A stretch of DNA of 51,508 nucleotides from an uncultured Candidatus Saccharibacteria bacterium (GTDB lineage: Bacteria > Patescibacteriota > Saccharimonadia > Saccharimonadales > EFPC-124), in NCBI GenBank assembly GCA_964586395.1, contig CAZPGP010000006.1, forward strand, positions 1 through 51,508. Reading direction: 5' to 3'. Position 1 is the stretch's first letter. Each line of letters opens with the position of its first letter. Positions 17,487 through 24,803 of the stretch are shown piece after piece. The position numbers and the translations under genes were made by a program. Below the pieces are notes generated by a model. The model was not told the origin of the DNA. It saw only the letters and a list, made by a program, of their open reading frames with translations, and did no database searches.

Positions 17487-19013
17487 ATGCAGTGGTTAAA
17501 CGACATCGTAGAGCGAGCAATGACTCAGCACCCCCAAGGCGAGATTATCGTCAGTTCTGGCGTGTCGCCATCTGGCAAGTACCACCTCGGGACACTCCGT
17601 GAGATTCTGACCGCTGAAGCTATTATGGTTGAGCTGAAGCGCCGTGGCCGCGAGGCACGCCATCTGCACATCGTGGACGACCTCGATATCTTCCGCAAAG
17701 TTCCCTCTCAAGTCCCAGAAGAGTGGAGTGAGCATCTCGGCAAACCACTTTGTGACGTCCCATCGCCAGATGGCAACGGCAGCTACGCTGATTACTACCT
17801 AGCTGACATGATCGAGGCCGGCAAGAAGCTTCGACTCCAGATGGAAGTTGTGCGCTCACACGAGAAATACCGCCAAGGATTCTACGTGCCGGCTATCGAG
17901 AAAGCTCTGGCAGGTGTTGATATTATCCGCAAGGCAATCACCGAAGTTTCTGGACGTCAACTTGAGGAGTCTTGGTCGCCAATCCAAGTCATCGAAGATG
18001 GCCGACTTAAGAATCGCCAGTTCAAATCGATCAACACCGACAGCAAAACGCTCGTCTACGTGGACGGCGAAGGTAACGATCGCGAAATCGGGTACGCAGA
18101 CGGTCTGGTTAAGCTCAACTGGCGTATCGACTGGCCTGGTCGTTGGTGGCTCATGGGTGTAAATGTTGAGCCATTCGGCCGAGACCACGCTACTAAGGGC
18201 GGCAGCTTCGACACCGGCGAAGTGATCGTCCGCGATGTTTTTGAGGCACCAGCACCAATCCCTGTACCATACGACTTCATCAACCGTACGGGCGAGACCA
18301 AGAAGATGAGTAAGTCTGCCGGTAACACCATTACTGCATCTGAACTTGTCGAGATGATGCCTGCCGAGATCGTGTGGTTCTTCATCTTGCGCGCCGCTCC
18401 AAGCAAGCTCCTTTTCTTTGACGAAGGCGAGATCATGATGCGCCTGTTCGATGAATTCGCTGCGCTTTTGGCCAAACCAGACCGCACCGAAGCCGAGCAG
18501 CAGCTTATTGAGCTTTGTACCCACGATGTCGAGCCAACAGTTAGCAACATTCCATTTACGCACCTCGTTGCCAGCTACCAGGCTTCGCTGAAGGACGCCG
18601 ACAAAACCATCGATGTGATTCGTCGCACCGCCGAACACGCCGCAACTGCCGAGAAAGATGCCGAGATCATCCGCGCAGAGCTGCGCTTTATCGACAATTG
18701 GCTTCAGAACCGCGCCCCAGAAGACGTGAAATTTGAGCTACTCGAAACAGTTAACGCCGCTGACTTTAATGAAGTCGAAGTTGAATTCCTGACCCGATTA
18801 GGTGAGAAGGTTGCTCAAGCCCCGGCTGATGCCGACGGCCAGTGGTTCCACAACGCAATCTACGAATTCAAAGAAGAACTCGGCCTCAGCCCGAAAGATA
18901 TGTTCACCACGCTGTATCGCGCGCTCATCGGCCGCACCAGCGGTCCACGAGCTGGCTGGTTCCTGAGCATTTTGCCACGGGAGTGGTTGGTTGCAAGGCT
19001 GCAACTCAGATGA
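17487..19013 (+). CDS. lysK: Class I lysyl-tRNA synthetase
   Basis: SGVSPSGKYHLGTLRE (HIGH-type) and KMSKSAGN (KMSKS). The 508-aa length and layout match class I LysRS. Confidence 0.85.
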   Translation: MQWLNDIVERAMTQHPQGEIIVSSGVSPSGKYHLGTLREILTAEAIMVELKRRGREARHLHIVDDLDIFRKVPSQVPEEWSEHLGKPLCDVPSPDGNGSYADYYLADMIEAGKKLRLQMEVVRSHEKYRQGFYVPAIEKALAGVDIIRKAITEVSGRQLEESWSPIQVIEDGRLKNRQFKSINTDSKTLVYVDGEGNDREIGYADGLVKLNWRIDWPGRWWLMGVNVEPFGRDHATKGGSFDTGEVIVRDVFEAPAPIPVPYDFINRTGETKKMSKSAGNTITASELVEMMPAEIVWFFILRAAPSKLLFFDEGEIMMRLFDEFAALLAKPDRTEAEQQLIELCTHDVEPTVSNIPFTHLVASYQASLKDADKTIDVIRRTAEHAATAEKDAEIIRAELRFIDNWLQNRAPEDVKFELLETVNAADFNEVEVEFLTRLGEKVAQAPADADGQWFHNAIYEFKEELGLSPKDMFTTLYRALIGRTSGPRAGWFLSILPREWLVARLQLR

Positions 19014-19597
19014 AAAAAGTTCCCTTTGATCATGACAACCTAGACATAAAGAACAATCTTCTCAACCTCGCCCGTCAATCGTGGGATTCAGGCGACTTTG
19101 AGAAGAAGCTTGCTTCCTTGATAATCTTTGCGAGTTTCGCCGAGTATCTGGCCGAACACCTTCTCGATACCGTTCGCTACGCAGTGGAGAGGGCTAGTTA
19201 TCAGTCATACGGAGCGGTTATTTTTTTGAAGGCTGATGATACCAAGGCTAAACCACTCAATATGAGCGACTATATTAATCGCTTGTCCAACTTTGAGTTC
19301 CCTGATAAGAAGGATACCCTCAAGCTAATGAAAACCATTGCAACAGCGCGCAACAAGCTTTTTCATGATTTTGCGCGCATCACTCTAGAAGAGGCGGCAA
19401 TAGTCGACAAGTACGTTGAGGACATCAAGGAAGGTACGGAAGAGCTAATTACTAAGGTCAACACAATCGAAGGCAGCATCAAGGCTCAGGTGGTTACGCT
19501 TGTGACGCCACCGGGCACCGTCGATTCAAGCGGTGCAGCCGCAGCCTCTCAAGACGAATCCAGCAATAAGGAGCCTGAATCACCTAAAGAGCTGTAA
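19010..19597 (+). CDS. Hypothetical all-alpha protein with a HEPN-type RNxxxH motif and an acidic/Ser-rich tail
   Basis: ATG 19010 overlaps the lysK stop (ATGA). The sequence TIATARNKLFHDF fits the Rx4H HEPN signature. The listed ORF from 18842 is an out-of-frame run inside lysK. Confidence 0.4.
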   Translation: MKKVPFDHDNLDIKNNLLNLARQSWDSGDFEKKLASLIIFASFAEYLAEHLLDTVRYAVERASYQSYGAVIFLKADDTKAKPLNMSDYINRLSNFEFPDKKDTLKLMKTIATARNKLFHDFARITLEEAAIVDKYVEDIKEGTEELITKVNTIEGSIKAQVVTLVTPPGTVDSSGAAAASQDESSNKEPESPKEL

Positions 19598-19644
19598 TTG
19601 CGCACAGTGCTGTATAATTGAGGGTAATTCACAGGGGGCAAAAA

Positions 19645-21426
19645 ATGCGTTCAAAGTTGGTTCGTATAGGGGCATGGGCGGCGAGTCTGTTCGTGGCGGT
19701 TAGTTTGTTTGCGGTACCGGCGCGGGCGCAGGATACGCAGAATTTTGTGATTCGTTCGTTCAATGCCGATTATTCCCTGAGTCGTGACTCGCAGAACATC
19801 AGCACACTGAAGGTGACCGAGAAGATTATCGCGGAGTTCCCGAGCTTCGACCAAAATCACGGCATTATCCGCGCGTTGCCGCTGACCTACCAGGGTCACG
19901 ACGTGAGCCTCAAGCTTGAGAAAGTTGTCGACGCGGGCGGCAATAAGGTCAAGTACACGACAGAGGTCGTCAAGGCCGGCAATATGCTGGTCAAGATCGG
20001 CGATTCCAACAAGTACGTCCACGGTCTCCAGGAGTACGACATCACCTACACGATGCAGAATGTCGTCGCTAAGTTCAGCGACCACGACGAGCTGTTCTGG
20101 GACGTGAACGGCGACGACTGGAAGCAGCCCGTCGACTCGGTGACCGCGAGCGTGCACATTCCAAAGGACCTCGTGAGTTCGCTTAAGGACGATAAGCGCT
20201 GTTACACTGGCACCAACGACTCTCAGCAGTCGGACTGCACCATTACGGTCGACCCCAAGGACGGCGCGGTGACCGTGAACTTGGTTACGACGCGCGGTTT
20301 GGCTGCTGGCGAGACGATGAGCTACGTGCTGGGTTTTAACGCAAATACGTTTGTTGGCTACCAGGTACCGTTGAGTCAGATACTGTGGTGGATTGCTGGT
20401 ATCGTGCTCTTTGGGCTTGTGCCGCCAGCCTTCGCGCTGTGGGTTGTGATTCGTAAATGGCGCCAGTACGGCCGTGACGCCAAGGGCAGGGGCACGATCG
20501 TACCGCAGTACTTGCCGCCCAAGGAGATGAGTGTTCTGGGGAGCAGCGAAGTCTTGAAGCAGCGATTTGTAGCCGCTTCCATATCGGCGCAGATTATCGA
20601 CCTGGCTGTGCGTCGCTATCTGAAGATTTTTGAACAGACCGAAAAGAAAGTACTGAAAGACAAAACGACATATTCCGTCGAGCTAGTCAAAACCACAATG
20701 GGCCTGCGAAGCGAGGAGAAGGCAGTTGTCGCGATGTTATTTGGCGCTGAGCCGAAAGTTGGCGACAAGGTTGACCTGAGTGACCTCAGCAGCAAGCTGT
20801 ACAAGAAGGCCGCTGACCTGGGCAAGAGCATCGACCAGCAATTGGCGAACGAAGGCTACTTCTTGCAGCCACCGCAGAAGGTCTTCCAGATGTACCTGGC
20901 GTGGGGGATTGTACTGTGCGTCGTCGGGTTTATCTTCCCGCCATACACGCTGGGTATGTTGCTGGCCGGAGTCGTCGTGCTGGCTAGCTCGCGGCTCATG
21001 CCGGCTCGTACGCAAAAGGGCGTCGACATGCGCGACTACCTGTATGGCTTGCGCGACTACATGAAGCTCGCCGAGGTTGACCGTATTCGCGTGATGCAAA
21101 GCCCTAAGGGTGAACTGACCGAGAAGATCGACACCACCGACAGCCACAAGCTCGTCAAGCTGTACGAGAAGCTCCTGCCGTACGCCATGCTATTTGGTAT
21201 CGAGCGCGAGTGGGCGAAGCAGTTTGCCGACCTGTACTACGAGAAGCAGCCAGATTGGTACAGCGGTGCGGGCGCGTTCAGCGCAGTGTACTTTGCTGGC
21301 GCTATGCATAGTTTCTCGAGCACAAGCAATGCGACATTCTCGCCACCAAGTAGCAGTAGCTCCAGCGGCTTTAGCGGCGGTGGCGCCGGAGGCGGTGGTG
21401 GCGGTGGAGGAGGCGGTGGTTGGTAG
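19645..21426 (+). CDS. DUF2207-type membrane protein with a poly-Gly C-terminus
   Basis: Signal peptide (MRSKLVRIGAWAASLFVAVSLFAVPARA), a large extracytoplasmic domain, 3 TM segments, and the tail SSSSSGFSGGGAGGGGGGGGGGGW. Family assignment is from recalled architecture only. Confidence 0.55.
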   Translation: MRSKLVRIGAWAASLFVAVSLFAVPARAQDTQNFVIRSFNADYSLSRDSQNISTLKVTEKIIAEFPSFDQNHGIIRALPLTYQGHDVSLKLEKVVDAGGNKVKYTTEVVKAGNMLVKIGDSNKYVHGLQEYDITYTMQNVVAKFSDHDELFWDVNGDDWKQPVDSVTASVHIPKDLVSSLKDDKRCYTGTNDSQQSDCTITVDPKDGAVTVNLVTTRGLAAGETMSYVLGFNANTFVGYQVPLSQILWWIAGIVLFGLVPPAFALWVVIRKWRQYGRDAKGRGTIVPQYLPPKEMSVLGSSEVLKQRFVAASISAQIIDLAVRRYLKIFEQTEKKVLKDKTTYSVELVKTTMGLRSEEKAVVAMLFGAEPKVGDKVDLSDLSSKLYKKAADLGKSIDQQLANEGYFLQPPQKVFQMYLAWGIVLCVVGFIFPPYTLGMLLAGVVVLASSRLMPARTQKGVDMRDYLYGLRDYMKLAEVDRIRVMQSPKGELTEKIDTTDSHKLVKLYEKLLPYAMLFGIEREWAKQFADLYYEKQPDWYSGAGAFSAVYFAGAMHSFSSTSNATFSPPSSSSSSGFSGGGAGGGGGGGGGGGW

Positions 21427-21451
21427 CCGCCCGATATAAACAAGGAGAAAT

Positions 21452-21922
21452 ATGACCGAAACACTACTTATCATCACCGGGGTTCTGACGGCGCTGTTGG
21501 CCGGTGTATTCTTCGCCTTTTCTGTGGCGGTTAACGGAGGTCTGCACCGCCTGAAGGATGAGGCGTACGTCCAGGCTATGCAGCATATCAACGTCGTTAT
21601 CGAGAATCCTTTGTTTCTGCTGACCTTTATGGGGCCGGTTGTGCTGTTGCCGGTTATGACGTGGCTGACCTGGACTGATGGCACGACTCGACCGCTGCTA
21701 CTCGCTGGTGCAAGCCTACTCTATGTTGTGGGTACATTTGGCGTCACGATGGCCGGTAACATTCCGCTCAACAAGCGCTTGGCTCAAGCTGACACGAGCA
21801 AGCCTGGCGAAGCAACCAAGGCTCGAGCCGAATTCGAAAATCCATGGAATCGACTGCACGCCGTCCGAACCGTGGCTTCCATAGCCGCAACAGTGCTGGT
21901 CTTTGCCGCCTGCGTGGCGTAG
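21452..21922 (+). CDS. Small 4-TM protein (DUF1772/anthrone-oxygenase-like)
   Basis: 156 aa with 4 hydrophobic segments. The N-terminus LLAGVFFAFSVAVNGGL and overall layout recall DUF1772. Confidence 0.4.
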   Translation: MTETLLIITGVLTALLAGVFFAFSVAVNGGLHRLKDEAYVQAMQHINVVIENPLFLLTFMGPVVLLPVMTWLTWTDGTTRPLLLAGASLLYVVGTFGVTMAGNIPLNKRLAQADTSKPGEATKARAEFENPWNRLHAVRTVASIAATVLVFAACVA

Positions 21923-21931
21923 GGTAGAAGT

Positions 21932-22450
21932 ATGGACCAACAAGCAAAGAAAACCGAGACCGCACTACTCGCCGCCGGATGTTTCTGGGGAGTCCAGGCG
22001 TACTTTGATGACCTCGAAGGCGTCGTGAGCACTGAGGTTGGATACAGTGGCGGGCATGTCGCCAATCCGACCTACGAGCAAGTAGGCTCGCAAAAAACAG
22101 GCCATGCCGAGACGACCAAAATTGAGTTCGACCCCGAGAAGATCAGCTACCACGACATCCTCGAAAATTTCTTTCGCATGCATGATCCGACCACGCCAAA
22201 TCAAGACGGCCCGAACATCGGGAGCAACTATCGGTCGGCGATTTTCTACGAGGGCGATGACCAGAAGCACACCGCCGAAGCAGTTATCGCTGAGTTGACC
22301 GAGCGTGAGAAGTTTAAGGCGCCCATCATCACTGAAGTCGCTGAAGCCGGCCCGTTCTATCCTGCCGAAGAATATCACCAGAAGTTTTTTCAGAAGACTG
22401 GCTATGGTGCCTGTCATATTTGGCCTTCAGAGGTCGACATCAAGAGCTAG
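21932..22450 (+). CDS. msrA: Peptide methionine (S)-S-oxide reductase
   Basis: Contains the GCFWG active-site motif, GYSGG and HDPTT. Confidence 0.9.
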   Translation: MDQQAKKTETALLAAGCFWGVQAYFDDLEGVVSTEVGYSGGHVANPTYEQVGSQKTGHAETTKIEFDPEKISYHDILENFFRMHDPTTPNQDGPNIGSNYRSAIFYEGDDQKHTAEAVIAELTEREKFKAPIITEVAEAGPFYPAEEYHQKFFQKTGYGACHIWPSEVDIKS

Positions 22451-22468
22451 TAGGGTATAATAAAGTTC

Positions 22469-23767
22469 ATGTTAGACATCCGTTACATTCGGGAGAATGC
22501 TGCCCGTGTACAAGAGGCAAGCGAGCAAAAGGGCTACAAGAACGTAGATATTGCTCACTTACTCCAGCTCGATGAGGAGCGTCGCACGCTTCTCGGGAAG
22601 GTCGAAGAGCTTCGTAAAGAGCGCAACGACCTGTCCTCGAGTACCAAAGGGCAGAAGCCGAGTGACGAGCAGCTAGCGCGGGGCCGCGAACTGAAAACAG
22701 AAATTACCGAAATCGAAGACCGCCTGAACGTCGTTGAGGGTGAGTTTGTGACTGCGCTCAAGAAAGTCCCGAATATGCCGCTGGATTACGTACCAGTTGG
22801 CGCAACCGAGGACGAGAATGTTATCGCCAAGACTGTCGGCGAGCCAACTAAGTTTGATTTTGAGCCAAAAAACCACTGGGAACTCGCTTTAGCGCGCGAC
22901 TGGATTGACAAAGAGCGAGCCGCTAAAGTTGCCGGCAGCCGCTTTGCGTATCTGAAGGGCGAGCTGGCCCGTCTGCATTTCGCGCTGATGAGTTACGGCA
23001 TGGACGTCGTGACTGACGCCGATACTATGAAGAAGATTATCGCTGATGCTGGTCTGAACGTCTCCGATAAACCATTTACGCTTATTATGCCGCCAGCCGT
23101 CGCGCGCACCGAGGTCTACGATGCAACTGGTCGCCTCAACAAAGAAGAGCAGACCTACAAGCTCGCCGACGACGACCTCTGGCTCAACGCCAGCGCCGAA
23201 CATGTCATGGCGCCGATGTACATGAATGAAATTCTCGACGAAGCCCAGCTGCCAATCCGCATGGTCGGCTACACAACTGCCTTCCGCCGCGAAGCTGGCA
23301 CCTACGGCAAAGACATGGAAGGTATCTTCCGCCTACACCAGTTCGACAAGCTCGAGATGGAGAGCTTCACGACTGGCGACACAGGCCTGGAGGAGCATAA
23401 ACTGATGGTCGCAATTCAGGAATATCTGATGTCCAGTCTCGGTCTGCCATATCGCGTGCTCCAGAAGTGCACCGCCGATATTGGTGGCCCGAACGCCGCT
23501 GGCGTCGATATCGACACCTGGCTGCCCGGTCAGGACAAATACCGCGAAACCCACACCGCCGATTACATCACCGACTACCAAGCGCGTCGTATGCAAACCC
23601 GCGTTCGTCGCGCGAGTGGGGAACTCGAGCTGGTCCACACCAATGATGCGACTGCTTTTTCTCAGCGTCCACTTATCGCTATTGTCGAGAACTTCCAGCG
23701 AGCTGACGGTACAATCACCATTCCAGAAGTGCTGCGACCGTACCTTGGCGGCCGCGAAACCCTGTAA
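22469..23767 (+). CDS. serS: Seryl-tRNA synthetase
   Basis: N-terminal coiled coil (MLDIRYIRENA...), class II motifs (FRREAGTYGKD, RLHQFDKLE), and a C-terminal ENFQ. Confidence 0.95.
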   Translation: MLDIRYIRENAARVQEASEQKGYKNVDIAHLLQLDEERRTLLGKVEELRKERNDLSSSTKGQKPSDEQLARGRELKTEITEIEDRLNVVEGEFVTALKKVPNMPLDYVPVGATEDENVIAKTVGEPTKFDFEPKNHWELALARDWIDKERAAKVAGSRFAYLKGELARLHFALMSYGMDVVTDADTMKKIIADAGLNVSDKPFTLIMPPAVARTEVYDATGRLNKEEQTYKLADDDLWLNASAEHVMAPMYMNEILDEAQLPIRMVGYTTAFRREAGTYGKDMEGIFRLHQFDKLEMESFTTGDTGLEEHKLMVAIQEYLMSSLGLPYRVLQKCTADIGGPNAAGVDIDTWLPGQDKYRETHTADYITDYQARRMQTRVRRASGELELVHTNDATAFSQRPLIAIVENFQRADGTITIPEVLRPYLGGRETL

Positions 23768-23772
23768 GATCC

Positions 23773-24300
23773 ATGAAAGTCATCACCTCAGAAATATACG
23801 GCCAGGTTATCGCTGGGGTCGGTTTGAAGCCGAAGTTTGTGCGTGAGCTTAGGCCTAAGTTTGATATGGTGACCGACTGGGACCGAGAGTTCGTGACTAT
23901 TACCGACCGCAGCGGTAATCGAGGCATCTTATGGATCGAGCTGGCCGAGAAAATTTACATCCTCCCATACACCCTTAGTCGCGGTATCGTTGACAAAGCA
24001 TCGGGTCGGGCGCGTCCTGTTATCTGTGACCTCTGTTTTACGCAGCAGATCGGCACAGCGGCCGCGCGAATCGCCTTGAGCCTGCCGGGTAGGGCTGAGG
24101 CGACGCGCAGTCTGTTGTGCTGCGCCGACTTGGCGTGTTCTGATCACGTTCGCAGTCGGACGCTTTCGAGCAGGCGATCGCGGGCACAGCTACGCGAGAG
24201 TATTTCTCAGGGAGGATCGCGTCCAGCGACTGCAACGCAAGCTATCCGAGCTGGTGGAAGCGCTTGGCACAAAACCACAAATCTACGCTCGCGTCGATGA
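23773..24300 (+). pseudogene. FBP-like (EF-G-binding protein C-terminal treble-clef zinc-finger) gene with an apparent +1 frameshift
   Basis: Has CDLC...CCADLAC, a CxxC...CxDxxC pattern. After RESISQ the frame gives a low-complexity tail, while the +1 frame reads EDRVQRLQRKLSELVEALGTKPQIYARVDEAGLV and stops at 24314-24316. The shift falls at the GGG run 24210-24212. Confidence 0.4.
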
Positions 24301-24370
24301 GGCGGGATTGGTATAATATAACTAGCCAACTGAGGGTCAAACGACCCGGAGGTTAAGAGAAGAAAGGTGT

Positions 24371-24760
24371 ATGGGCATGATTGCTCGGATTGACAAGTCA
24401 GGAATCAACCTTGAGCTTGAAGCCGATGTTGTGAAATACATCGACCGCAAGATTGGCCGCCTGGATCGTTACATTCCACGCACCGCTCGTGCGAGCGCGC
24501 GCGCCGTTGTAACTATCCGCGAGATGGCAAATCAAGTAGGCAATAAGTACGAGTGTGAAGTCATCTTGCACTTGCCGGGAGAAATCATCACGGCCAAGGA
24601 CGCAACGATGAATAAGTTCGCCGCAGTCGATATTGTGGAAGCTAAACTCCACAACAGACTTCTCAAGTACAAGACCACGCATAGCAGCGCCGCGCGCAGA
24701 GGATTGCTCCGCCGCGTTCGCGAACGACTCTTTCTGAGTTCTACTGAATCAGACGCCTGA
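24371..24760 (+). CDS. hpf: Ribosome hibernation promoting factor / S30AE family protein
   Basis: Contains GINLELEADVVKYIDRKIGRLDRYIP and AAVDIVEAKLHNRLLKYK, which fits the HPF/RaiA layout. Confidence 0.75.
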   Translation: MGMIARIDKSGINLELEADVVKYIDRKIGRLDRYIPRTARASARAVVTIREMANQVGNKYECEVILHLPGEIITAKDATMNKFAAVDIVEAKLHNRLLKYKTTHSSAARRGLLRRVRERLFLSSTESDA

Positions 24761-24803
24761 GTTTCAGCATTAGCCGACTACACAAGTAAGAGAGGTAACC
24801 CAC

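Noticed and set aside
18842-19009. N-terminal 56 codons of the listed ORF 18842-19597
   Set aside because: This stretch lies out of frame inside lysK and is Arg/His-rich nonsense. A clean ATG at 19010 overlaps the lysK stop.
21380-21423. GGN-repeat tract as a possible tandem-repeat or CRISPR-like feature
   Set aside because: It is in frame within the DUF2207-type gene and encodes its poly-Gly tail. There is no spacer-repeat organisation.
24611-24619. AATAAGTTC inside hpf, a one-mismatch match to the junction motif
   Set aside because: It lies within a coding sequence (codons for NKF) with no adjacent hairpin or GC-rich block, so it is a chance occurrence.
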